The notes: generated by a model from the sequence alone, not told the origin. Shown: positions 8,838 to 18,227, numbered from the stretch's first letter. The stretch is 64,000 nucleotides of DNA from an uncultured delta proteobacterium (GCA_963699755.1 CAVOVB010000001.1:1824001-1888000); one strand, 5' to 3'. A program made the numbers and translations.

Positions 8838-9812
8838 CTACTCGGCAGCGTCGGCGGCCTCGTTGCGTGGCGTATAGAACTGCGCGTACCAACGGCGGAA
8901 CTCTCCGATGGGACCGTCGCCGTCGCACAGCATGGGTCGGTCGAGGTAGATCTTGTTTTCCCAGATCTGCACATCCTGCAGGTAGCCGTCACGCATGTTG
9001 TTGATGAAGTGTTCGACGAGCTCGTCGGTCATACCCTTGGTGGCTTTCATCGACACCCCGAACCGAAGCATCACATTCTCGTCGTCGATTGGCGTATGCG
9101 CGTTGATGATCACGCCGAGCCCCTTACCGAACATCTTGGTGACCTGATACGCGGGGCCATAGTAGGTCGCCGTGGACTCGAACTCGTCCTTGCCGCCGTG
9201 CACGGGATAGGCGACCGCCTTGATTTTCTGCTGGCCGATGTGATCGGTGTAGGTGTTGCTGAAGGAGCCAGGGACCGGGTGTGTGTTGTGCACCGGGATG
9301 AAGTGGCCGGCATCGGCGAGGTTTTCGGCAATGGCGAGCGGCGGTGTCTTGATCTGAAGCTTCGCGTAGCGCCAGGGAATGAACTCCGGGTCTTCCCATT
9401 CTTCGAGTACCGGAATCTCCCAATCCGGCTGGCTCTTCTCACGGTCGTGCCAGACGAAAATCATCCCGTTGCGCTCGAGCACCGGCCAGCACGCAAGGCC
9501 GGCCTTCGGCGGAATGCGCTTGGCGTACGGGATCTCGACGCACTTTCCGGAGCCATCGAACTTCCAAGCGTGAAACGGGCAGACGATCGCTTCGCCGACG
9601 ATTTTGCCGCCGTGTCCGAGGTGCGCGCCCATGTGTGGGCAGTACGCATCGAGAACCTTGGCCTCGCCCGACGCTGTTCGGAACAACACCAGCTCCTGGT
9701 CGAAGCGTTTCAGTGGCACGACCTGGCCGTGCTCGAGCTCGTCGGAGAACATGAGCAAGAACCAGCCCCTGGCAAAACCTGCCCAAGGCCCCGCTTTCGT
9801 TTCGGTGATCAT
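8838..9812 (-). CDS. Rieske oxygenase, KshA/cholesterol 7-desaturase family (copy 1)
   Basis: FARGWF, CPHMGAHL..CPFHAW, ENLADAGHFIPVH, DVQIWENK..PMLCDGDGP; ATG at 9812 with GGAG RBS. Confidence 0.88.
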   Translation of the reverse strand: MITETKAGPWAGFARGWFLLMFSDELEHGQVVPLKRFDQELVLFRTASGEAKVLDAYCPHMGAHLGHGGKIVGEAIVCPFHAWKFDGSGKCVEIPYAKRIPPKAGLACWPVLERNGMIFVWHDREKSQPDWEIPVLEEWEDPEFIPWRYAKLQIKTPPLAIAENLADAGHFIPVHNTHPVPGSFSNTYTDHIGQQKIKAVAYPVHGGKDEFESTATYYGPAYQVTKMFGKGLGVIINAHTPIDDENVMLRFGVSMKATKGMTDELVEHFINNMRDGYLQDVQIWENKIYLDRPMLCDGDGPIGEFRRWYAQFYTPRNEAADAAE

Positions 9813-9861
9813 TGGATGCTCCAACTATCTGTTCGCCGGGACCGGCGACGCGCGGCCCAAC

Positions 9862-9890
9862 TAGAACATGTTCCACTAGAACATGTTTCA
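9862..9890. promoter_or_regulatory. Tandem KstR-like operator boxes (TnnAACnnGTTnnA x2)
   Basis: TAGAACATGTTCCA 9862-9875 and TAGAACATGTTTCA 9877-9890; overlaps a minus-strand TTGCCA(9908-9903)-17bp-CATGTT promoter candidate. Confidence 0.7.
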
Positions 9891-9931
9891 TTTTGACACC
9901 CCTGGCAAGAACGATTTATCAGCATTTCGAC

Positions 9932-9983
9932 GTCTAGGTATTGACGGCCAAAACCTAGACAGTAGATAGACATCACTGCAACA
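9932..9983 (+). promoter_or_regulatory. Fasciclin promoter with CarH/CarA-type operator
   Basis: TTGACG -35 at 9941-9946 flanked by inverted GTCTAGG/CCTAGAC; TAGACA repeats at 9956 and 9967 (11-bp period), partial third at 9978. Confidence 0.65.
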
Positions 9984-10008
9984 ACGCAGCATTTTGGAGG
10001 AAAAACTC

Positions 10009-10527
10009 ATGCGAACGAAGACAATTTTGCTTACCGCCCTGGCCTCGTTGGCGCTCGCCGGCTGCGCGAAAGACGCACCGAGCACGGCGACTGCCGTTAC
10101 CGCAACGGCCGCTCAAGGAGACATCGTGGCCGTCGCCGTGGGGGCTGGGCAGTTCAACACGCTCGTCGCAGCCGTCCAGGCCGCGGGCCTGGTGGAGACG
10201 CTGCAAAGCCCCGGACCGTTCACGGTCTTCGCGCCAAACGATGAAGCGTTTGCGAAGCTACCGGCCGGTACGGTGGACAGTCTCCTGCTCCCCGAAAACA
10301 AGGCGAAGCTCACAGCCATCCTGAAGTATCACGTGGTCGCTGGCGAAGTCCTCGCGGCAGACGTCGTGAACCTCTCCTCGGCGGACACGGTCGAGGGCCA
10401 GTCGGTCCAGATCAGCGCCGGCGATTCTGGCGTCCAAATCAATGACGCCAACGTGATCGGGACCGATGTGATGGCCTCGAACGGAGTCATCCACGTCATC
10501 GACACAGTTCTCATTCCCGCTTCCTAA
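10009..10527 (+). CDS. Fasciclin (FAS1) domain lipoprotein
   Basis: Lipobox [45 protein letters not shown]. Confidence 0.93.
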   Translation: MRTKTILLTALASLALAGCAKDAPSTATAVTATAAQGDIVAVAVGAGQFNTLVAAVQAAGLVETLQSPGPFTVFAPNDEAFAKLPAGTVDSLLLPENKAKLTAILKYHVVAGEVLAADVVNLSSADTVEGQSVQISAGDSGVQINDANVIGTDVMASNGVIHVIDTVLIPAS

Positions 10528-10539
10528 CGATCAATCCCG

Positions 10540-10574
10540 GGCCGCCTTCGAACGGAGAGGCGGCCTCTTTTCTT
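10540..10574 (+). terminator. Intrinsic terminator after fasciclin gene
   Basis: GGCCGCCT (10540-10547) / AGGCGGCC (10558-10565) stem followed by TCTTTTCTT. Confidence 0.7.
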
Positions 10575-10702
10575 CCCGGTGCAGGACGGGTACTCGCTGC
10601 AGGAGCACGCAAGATGGATGAATACCACCACCACGACCTTCAGCGTCACGAGATTGAGCGTGACCCGACGCGGTGGGTGCTCGTCCCTGTGCCACTTTTG
10701 TC

Positions 10703-11638
10703 ATGACAAACAACGTAAAAGAAATGAGCGGTCCATACCCAATGCGGGTCGTTTCCAGATTGACCGGCCTGTCCGCGGATACGATTCGCGTGTGGGAACG
10801 TCGCTACAGCGCAGTGGCTCCGGATCGGACAGATGGGAACAAACGCAGATACAGTGGCGCTCACGTGCGTCGCCTGGTTCTCTTGCGCCGCGCGACCGAG
10901 CTCGGGCATTCCATCGGTCAGGTCGTCCAGCTCTCGGACCCGGAGCTTCGGAGGCTCATCGGGGAATCGAGCCCCGACACTGGCAGTCAGGTGTCGCTCT
11001 ACGCGGCCATCGTCGAGGACTACTTGAAAGCGGTCTTCGAGTACGACGTGCGGCGCGCGGAATCGATTCTCACTCGAACCGCGGCGATTCTACCTCCGAT
11101 GACCCTGACGCTCGAAGTCATTGTCCCGCTGATGCGTCGCGTCGGCGAAGCATGGAACGCAGATGAGCTTCGCATTTCGCATGAGCACATCATTTCTGGG
11201 CAGCTTCGTAGCCTGCTCGGCACGCTCATGCGACACGAACAGCCGGCCACCGGGGCTCCGCGAATCATCGTCGCCACACCTCCGCGTCATTTGCACGAGT
11301 TCGGCGCCATCATCGGTGCGTTCATGGCTGCAGGCCGTGGCTTCGAGCCGATTTATCTGGGCACCCACATGCCCTTGGAGGAAATCGCAGAGGCCGCAGA
11401 GCAAAGCGGGGCGACCTTGGTGCTCTTGAGCATCGCCCGCGATTGTGAGCCTGGCGAAACCCAAGAGCTCATCTCTGGGATCTCGAGCCTCGCGAAGCAA
11501 CACGAGGTTTGGCTGGGCATTCCAGAGCAGCACGAGCTTTCCCGGCTCCCTCTGCCCGCGAAACTCCTTCATCGCTACGAGGACCTGGACGTCGCGCTCA
11601 CGAATAAACCCGCCATTGGGCGCGAGAGCTTGGGCTGA
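10703..11638 (+). CDS. carH: CarH/LitR-type MerR regulator with cobalamin-binding domain (B12 photoreceptor)
   Basis: RVWERRY MerR motif, W-x9-EH (WNADELRISHEH), HLHEFG B12 motif, YLG; start 10703 or 10724. Confidence 0.8.
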   Translation: MTNNVKEMSGPYPMRVVSRLTGLSADTIRVWERRYSAVAPDRTDGNKRRYSGAHVRRLVLLRRATELGHSIGQVVQLSDPELRRLIGESSPDTGSQVSLYAAIVEDYLKAVFEYDVRRAESILTRTAAILPPMTLTLEVIVPLMRRVGEAWNADELRISHEHIISGQLRSLLGTLMRHEQPATGAPRIIVATPPRHLHEFGAIIGAFMAAGRGFEPIYLGTHMPLEEIAEAAEQSGATLVLLSIARDCEPGETQELISGISSLAKQHEVWLGIPEQHELSRLPLPAKLLHRYEDLDVALTNKPAIGRESLG

Positions 11639-11711
11639 CCGGCCGCTCGCCCCGTCGACCAAGAAGCAACAACGCGCTTCATGAACCGCTCGATTCCTTT
11701 ATACTCACGCG

Positions 11712-12839
11712 ATGATTCATCGCTTGGGTTGGACCTGTTGTATTCTCGGGTTGGCACTGGGGGCTTGTGATTCTTCGGCTGAGCCGGCGGTTCGGCGGCT
11801 CTCGGGGGGCCTCGGCTCGTGGTCACTGCCGACTGGTTGAATCAGTCGCTGACCCTTCTCGACTACGGAAGGCTGGTCGATGGGGCGAGCGATGGGCCTT
11901 CATCGGTGCTCAGAACCATTGACCTTGCGGACTGGGAACCGGGTCCCATCGAAGTCGAGATCACGCCGGACGGCAAGACGGCAGTCGTAACCGTCGGGCC
12001 TGCGTATTTCGACGGCCTGCCCGGGCTCGTTGGCGGCCCCGAGATCCCGGAAGGAGGCACACTGCTGATCGTCGACTTGGAGTCAGGAGTCGCCGACGAG
12101 GTTCAAACTCAGGATGTCCCCCTTGGCATCGCGATCAGTCCTGATGGCATGACCGCCTACACCGCGAACTACGGTACAAGAGTTGCGCGTGGCAGCAGCC
12201 TTTCGGTCATCGACATTCCCGGGCGCCGAGTCATCGAGGAGGTCGACGTCGGAAGCGGACCCCGAGCAAGTTGCTTTGAGCCCCGATGGGAGCCTTGGCA
12301 TCATCAACATCGTCAGTGGAGGGGGCATCCGAATCTTCCAGACGTCCGACGTAGCCGGCACGATGAGCGACGTGCTCGAAACCGGTTCCGATCCATCCGA
12401 TGTCTCATTTCTCGACGGTAACGATCTCGCGGCCGTGGCGAACACGCTCGGCTTCAGCGTCACGCTGATCGACACGTCCGACCCGAGCAGTCCAAGCGTT
12501 CTCAGCAGCGTCCCAGTCGCTGGTGGCGTTCCCTACGGGCTGACCTACGTCCCTTCGCGAGACGAGTTGCTCGCACCGACCAACCCGGCGAGGCCGGGTA
12601 TGCTGACCAACCTGATCACCATCGCGCGAGCTGGCGACACGCTGACCCCCAGCGCGCCGCTGCAGCTTTCAGGGGAGAACTTCCCGCTAACCGCGGCCGC
12701 CGATTCGGCTGGCGACTTTGCGTTCGTGGCCCACATCGTTGACCAAAAGCTTTCGATCATCGAGCTCGAGACCGGCGCTTCGCGCGCGGTCACTTGGCTT
12801 GCAGGCCCCGGTCCATCTTACGTCGCAGTCCAACCCTGA
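11712..12839 (+). CDS. YVTN/YncE-like beta-propeller lipoprotein (two frameshifts, ~11810 and ~12260)
   Basis: MIHRLG..LALGAC lipobox in one frame; repeats P-x-x-(I/V)-x-(I/L)-(T/S)-PDG and 'AYTAN' continue in two other frames. Confidence 0.65.
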
Positions 12840-12957
12840 ACGGGCGATCACCAACGCACCCGCGGGTTCCGTTGACGACGGAACGCGGGCCTCCGCGGCG
12901 TGCGCTGTCTATATTGAAGCGGAGAAGAAAAGGGGGTCTTTTCTTCATGGGGGATGA

Positions 12958-13867
12958 ATGATGTCTGTGCTTCGTGGTTGGGGACTTGCTGGTTTCTTAG
13001 TTGCTGCTGCGCTTTGGTTGGCGCCCGGTCAGGCGCGCGCGTTCCCGGCTGAGCCGTACAGCCTCGACGAAGGAATGAAGGCCCATACCAAGCGGTTTCA
13101 CATCCTTGGCGAGATCGCTCTGTTTGGCGGGAAGCTCGAGGGCAACCAGCGGTCCATCGTCGTCAGCCCACTGATCGAGATGCGTTTACAGCTGGCATAC
13201 AGTGTTCTGTTTCAGGTCATGTGGGGAATGTCGTACGTCAATGTCGACCTTGCCGATGAAGACAGCGATCCGCAGAACGCCTTTCGCTCTGGCAATCCCT
13301 ATGCCGCCTTTCACTATCAGGGCAAAAAGAACCAGTTTTCGTACCGCCTGGGCGTTGGCGTGACGATACCGGTCGCAACCGTCACCTCCGACTTGAATGA
13401 AGTTTTCGCACAGCAATCTGCGTACACGCTGGCCGCGGCCGTGCGAGGCAACACCAACTATTGGATTTGGGACGCCCACGCGGTGAGCGTCATCGTCCCG
13501 ATCGCGTTCGAACGACGCAAGCCAAGCGGGTTTCTCTGGGGCGCTTACGTCGACACCGGCGCGATGATCAAGATCGACAACAAGAACAACCGAACCTCCA
13601 AAACCGATTTCATCATGCAGATGATGGCGATGATGGGCTACCAAGCCACCGACTGGCTTCGGGTCGGCTCTCGCTTCAGCTTGGTTCTGATTCCCAAGTT
13701 CAAGGACGCACAACACGCAACTTGCAATCGAGCCGTACCTGCGGTTCGGCAATGACAACGCGTTCGGCGCGATCCGCCTCAACATCAATCTCGACAATCC
13801 GTGCGGCTTTTCCTTCGACGACCGCCAGGTCTGGGGCTTGCGAATCGGAGGCGGCGCAGCCTTCTGA
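12958..13867 (+). CDS. Putative outer-membrane beta-barrel protein (frameshift ~13715)
   Basis: Signal peptide (..QARA), amphipathic strands, alternate frame TQLAIEPYLRFG...VWGLRIGGGAAF* with terminal Phe. Confidence 0.6.
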
Positions 13868-13896
13868 CGACCGTGGCGCGACCGCTGGTCGCTCAC

Positions 13897-15192
13897 CTAG
13901 CCGAAGATCGGCAGGTCTTCGCCCGCGAGCGGGAACGCGGCTTTGAAGTCGTTCGGAACGCCCGACAGATTGCGCAGCGCGCGGTGTACGTGGGCGATCG
14001 AAAGCCTGGTTCCCTCAGCCGTGTCCGGCGAGCCGGTCGGTAGCAAGGTCACCGGGTCGATGAGCTGGAGACCATGGCGGTCGTCGGTTCCACCGACGAC
14101 GCGGTTACCTGGAATCCCGGGGCCCATCATCATCATGCTGCTGATCGGCCAATGGTCTTTGCCGTTGCCGTTGTTGTAGCCGGGCGTTCGACCGAAGTCC
14201 GAGCCCATCACGACTGCGACCTTGTCGGCAATCCCCATTCGCTCTGCCTCTTGCATCGCAAAGTTGGCGCCGTTGACGAAGTCGATGAGTCGCGGCAGGT
14301 GATTGCCGTCGTGGTTGCCGTGGGTGTCGAAGCCGCCGCGGCTGACGCTGACGCTGACCGAAAGGCCGGCCTGATACGCTGCGAGCGCAACTTGGATTTG
14401 GCGCTCGAGCTGATTGTTCGAGAAGTTTTCCGGAAGCGAGTCAGAGACCCGCTTGAGATCGTCCTGGCCGAGCCGAGCCAGCATGAGCTCGTTCTGCCCA
14501 TCCCAGATCCGCGGCAAGCGTTGCTTACCCTGAAGCCTGAGGAGTCGAAGCTGCTGCTCGCGCTGGACGATGCCGGGAACGTCCGGATGGCCGAAGTAGT
14601 TTTCCTCTGAGCCGGTCGGATCCGGCCGAGAAGGGTGCGCGAGGTTGTGAAGGAGACCACCGTCACCGAGCGGCACCGCATTGGTCACGCCTTGGGTGTC
14701 GAGGTACCCTCCGTAACCGATCAAGGGCATCGGAAGATTGGGGCCGTGCGTGGCCGCAATCAGCGCGCCAATCGGCGGATGGCCCTCGGCCGTTCGCCCG
14801 CTCCAAGTGCCGCGGGTGCCCTGGTCATGGCCGTTGGTCGTGGTGTCCATCCCGTTGATGACCAGCAGGCGCTCGTAGTGAGTCTGAAAGAACGCATCGA
14901 GCGCGGTGCCATCATCGCCGAGCGGCGCATACTCGATGTTGCCTGCCGTCCGGATGTCGCTCTTGAGGAAGCGCCCCATCGGATTGTTCTCGTTCTCCGT
15001 GGCGCGGCCCTTCGGATCGCAGAGGTGAGTGGGGTCCCAACCGCCGCCTGCGTGCATGAAAATCCAGTACGTGCCCGTGTAGGCCGAGCCGCTGATCGGC
15101 TGAGCGCTCGCGCGCAGAGGGTCCATCGCTGCCGGCAGAACACACGTCAGCCCAGCCCAGCTTGCCATTCGTATAAAGTCACGACGATCCAC
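13897..15192 (-). CDS. DUF1501 domain protein, Tat-exported
   Basis: MDRRDF Tat motif, GGWD, GGFDTH, SDFGRTP, GKDHW. Confidence 0.85.
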   Translation of the reverse strand: MDRRDFIRMASWAGLTCVLPAAMDPLRASAQPISGSAYTGTYWIFMHAGGGWDPTHLCDPKGRATENENNPMGRFLKSDIRTAGNIEYAPLGDDGTALDAFFQTHYERLLVINGMDTTTNGHDQGTRGTWSGRTAEGHPPIGALIAATHGPNLPMPLIGYGGYLDTQGVTNAVPLGDGGLLHNLAHPSRPDPTGSEENYFGHPDVPGIVQREQQLRLLRLQGKQRLPRIWDGQNELMLARLGQDDLKRVSDSLPENFSNNQLERQIQVALAAYQAGLSVSVSVSRGGFDTHGNHDGNHLPRLIDFVNGANFAMQEAERMGIADKVAVVMGSDFGRTPGYNNGNGKDHWPISSMMMMGPGIPGNRVVGGTDDRHGLQLIDPVTLLPTGSPDTAEGTRLSIAHVHRALRNLSGVPNDFKAAFPLAGEDLPIFG

Positions 15193-15205
15193 AGCTAGTC
15201 CTCCC

Positions 15206-17476
15206 TCACTCGTACAGGTATCGGTAATCAGACAGGAGATAACTCATCGCGGCCATCCAGGCGCGAATGGTGTATTCCGTGTCCCGGTTGATTCGGCGGC
15301 TGTCCGGTAAGTCCGCGCCGGTGATTCGGTCGTTGTTGAGGCGGCACTGGCCTACGAGCTGGTCCGAGACCGACTCGTCAGCCAGACCTTGGCGGCCTAG
15401 ATTGTACGCCTCCATGAGAACGACCATCGTCGCTGCGATTTCCTCGTCGCCACCGGAGAGATCTTCGCCGAGAAGCCTGTCGTGGAGATGGCGAACCGCC
15501 TCCCGGACCTGGTCTGAGGTTTCCGACAGCGGCGTGTTCTGATCGATGCCTGGGAAGAGGAGCCGCTGGTTTGCGGGCTTCGAGAAGTCGTACGGAACGG
15601 CCGAGCAAGCCACCTCGTAGGCCATGCGCTGCGCGAGGCTTGCCATGACGCCATTGGGCTCCGTCACCCGTTGTGTCACCAGGTCCGAATCGATGCCGCC
15701 GTAGAAGATACGGTACTGGTCGAGCAAGTAGTCGGCCCGGTTCGGATTCGATCGCCAACGAACACCTGTGGTCGCCTGGATCTTGCGAGACAGATGCTCG
15801 GGCGTCAGGAGCCGAGCCGTGCCAAACGTCGAAAGCTCTTTTTCGAGATCGCTGGTGAGTGGGCTGGCGTTCTTGGCGCGGAAGTACGGGCTCAGGACGA
15901 TTTCGCGTACCAGGACCTTGAAGTTGTACCCGCTGTCGATGAAGCGCTGCTGAATCGTGCGCAAGACCTGCTGCTGCACGTTGTAGGCGCGCTGGAGGGC
16001 CGGATCGACGGTGGGGTCGATGTTTGGATCGTCATCTGGAAGTGGCGGAGGAGGTGGAGGGGGGGTCGATCCACCGACGCCGCCCATGCCACCGACGCCA
16101 GGGTCACCACCCATGCCACCGACGCCAGGGTCACCGCCCATGCCACCGATGCCAGGGTCACCGCCCATGCCACCGACGCCAGGGTCACCGCCCATGCCAC
16201 CGACGCCAGGGTCACCGCCCATGCCACCGAGACCAGGGTCGCCGCCCATGCCGCCGACACCAGGGTCGCCGCCAGCACCGCCTGCGCCGCCACTACCGCC
16301 CGTGCCACCCATGTCAGGTGGAGTCGGGATCGTGATGTCGAGAATCTCTTGCCCTGTCAGTCCTTGGAAGACCGTCTTCACTGTGGCCTGGGCGAATCTC
16401 GGATTCTGCGCGACTCGCTGGGCAAACCATTGCAGCGCGTTTCTCCGATTCTGGTTCGGCAGCGCTTCGCCGTTGAAGCCCGGCGGCAAGATGTAGTCGG
16501 GCCCAAACCATTCGCCGTCGCCGCTGTATTCACCGTTCTCATTCCAGTTCATGAAAAGGCCGGCGACCGGGTCCATGGTGGTATGACAGACGATGCAGTC
16601 CGGGTTGTTGAGCGTCGGGTTCTCGCCGAAATCATTGCTCGCATCGACCGGTCGATTTCCGAATTGATTGATGTCGATGTCGAGGAAGAAGAAGTACGCC
16701 ATGCGCGAACGGTGCCGATTGATGTTCGTGTCGCTCGTCGGAAAACGGTTGAGGAACATCGCTGACGTGAGAATGCCGGCATGAGGAATGCCTGGCACGT
16801 AGATCTCCTGGAAGCCTTCCGGATTGTCGCCGAGCCCAACTGGGATGTCTGGTAGTCCGATGAGTGAAAACGCCGAGTAGGTGTTCGCCATCGTGTAGTC
16901 CGCAGTCAGGATCTCGGTGAACGGACGCTCGGACCGAATGACATGCGCGATCAGCTCCAGCGGTTCCCGCGCCAACGAGTCGTTGGTCATCAATGCCGTC
17001 TTGTCATCGCCGGGGAACCTGTTCTCGAACCAGCGGAGATTCGGCCAAACCTCTTCGTCGAGCAGCTCGATGGCGTTTTCCCGGCCGAGGTATTTGTCGG
17101 TCAAGAAATGATCGTTGTAGAGCTCGATCATTCGCAGGGTGAAACCAGGGTCGCGCATCATCTCCGCGAGTGACGCTTCGAGCCCGAGCTGGCCGTGAAC
17201 TTCCGCAACGGCTCGCTGCGACTCGGTGGGAAGCTTACCCGTGAGCTCGAGGCTCGCCTTACGCAGTGTCTCGGTCCAACTCAAGAGCTCGAGCTGTCCG
17301 TCATACGGGTTGGCAAAGCCGTCCGATCGCGGACAGGCGTTGATGTCTTGGGTTGAGCAGCCCCCAAAGAGGGTGGGATCTTCCTTGCAGCCCGATACGG
17401 TGAGCACCGAACCGAGCAACAGGATCGCCAATCCGCCCTTAAGGCTGCCGTGAATGCAAGTCTGACTCATCTGCAC
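15206..17476 (-). CDS. Large lipoprotein, DUF1588/DUF1592-like, with c-type heme motif and Gly/Met linker
   Basis: Lipobox VSGC, HAGILTS, CIVCH followed by MDPVA, Gly/Met/Pro repeat; co-oriented upstream of DUF1501. Confidence 0.7.
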   Translation of the reverse strand: MQMSQTCIHGSLKGGLAILLLGSVLTVSGCKEDPTLFGGCSTQDINACPRSDGFANPYDGQLELLSWTETLRKASLELTGKLPTESQRAVAEVHGQLGLEASLAEMMRDPGFTLRMIELYNDHFLTDKYLGRENAIELLDEEVWPNLRWFENRFPGDDKTALMTNDSLAREPLELIAHVIRSERPFTEILTADYTMANTYSAFSLIGLPDIPVGLGDNPEGFQEIYVPGIPHAGILTSAMFLNRFPTSDTNINRHRSRMAYFFFLDIDINQFGNRPVDASNDFGENPTLNNPDCIVCHTTMDPVAGLFMNWNENGEYSGDGEWFGPDYILPPGFNGEALPNQNRRNALQWFAQRVAQNPRFAQATVKTVFQGLTGQEILDITIPTPPDMGGTGGSGGAGGAGGDPGVGGMGGDPGLGGMGGDPGVGGMGGDPGVGGMGGDPGIGGMGGDPGVGGMGGDPGVGGMGGVGGSTPPPPPPPLPDDDPNIDPTVDPALQRAYNVQQQVLRTIQQRFIDSGYNFKVLVREIVLSPYFRAKNASPLTSDLEKELSTFGTARLLTPEHLSRKIQATTGVRWRSNPNRADYLLDQYRIFYGGIDSDLVTQRVTEPNGVMASLAQRMAYEVACSAVPYDFSKPANQRLLFPGIDQNTPLSETSDQVREAVRHLHDRLLGEDLSGGDEEIAATMVVLMEAYNLGRQGLADESVSDQLVGQCRLNNDRITGADLPDSRRINRDTEYTIRAWMAAMSYLLSDYRYLYE
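16085..16273 (-). repeat. 27-bp coding tandem repeat x7 (GGDPG[V/L/I]GGM)
   Basis: catgccaccgacgccagggtcaccgcc-type units repeated 7 times, in frame. Confidence 0.92.
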
Positions 17477-17705
17477 AAACGTCAGCCTAACATGCTAGAA
17501 AACACCCTGCAGGACTAAATTCAAACTGTAATACAATGGAATACAGTCAATTCATGTACCTTAAGGGTCAATTTATTTCGTGAGCGGGCTTGCATCTTCT
17601 CTGTAGTTTGCGAACATCAAAGAAGAAAGCAGGGGTGAATTTTTCCTTTGGAGAAGTGATTTTTTTCCCCCATCATTAGAGCCTCAACAGAATTTTTTAT
17701 CAGGA

Positions 17706-18206
17706 GTGACAGAAAAAATGTCTTACACACGGACGAATTGGGTGCGATTCATGGTTTTGGTCGCTTGTGGTTCGGTTCTCGCAGCTTGCGGGGAAAGCGA
17801 CGTCGGGGCGCCATTCTCTGCAAACCTGGTGTACTGCGATAACCCGATGACGGCTGAGCTGTCGTGCTCGCTCGGAGGCTATTCGATAGCGGACGACTCC
17901 GCGCTCCGTACCAAGTTAGAAGGTTGCGCTACGGGCCAAGGCTGTCATGCCGCGGGAACTTCGTTCACGACCTGGGCTATGGATCTCTCCGGATCGGTCG
18001 AGGGCGCGCTGTCAGCGCTGACGACCTTCGCGGATAATAGCCCGTACTTCCTGGTCGACGACTTCGATCCTGATTGCAGCCAAGTGCTGAGTGAGATCAC
18101 GAGCGAGCCCGTGGGAGCCGTCCGGATGCCGGTCACCGGTGGCTATTGGAGCACCGCGGAGACGGACTGCTTTCGGTCGTATCTGCACGAGCTGTATCCG
18201 CAGTAG
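17706..18206 (+). CDS. Hypothetical lipoprotein with CATGQGCH motif
   Basis: Lipobox LAAC; Cx5CH motif; RMP..GYWS C-terminus resembling myxobacterial cytochrome-like domains. Confidence 0.6.
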   Translation: MTEKMSYTRTNWVRFMVLVACGSVLAACGESDVGAPFSANLVYCDNPMTAELSCSLGGYSIADDSALRTKLEGCATGQGCHAAGTSFTTWAMDLSGSVEGALSALTTFADNSPYFLVDDFDPDCSQVLSEITSEPVGAVRMPVTGGYWSTAETDCFRSYLHELYPQ

Positions 18207-18227
18207 CGGACTGACGACACTTGACGG

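Noticed and set aside
9864..9873. GAACATGTTC as a LexA (Cheo) SOS box
   Set aside because: Spacer is 2 nt, not GAAC-N4-GTTC; the KstR-type pattern fits both copies and the downstream genes
16085..16273. 27-bp repeats as a CRISPR array
   Set aside because: No spacers, in-frame coding repeat, no cas genes
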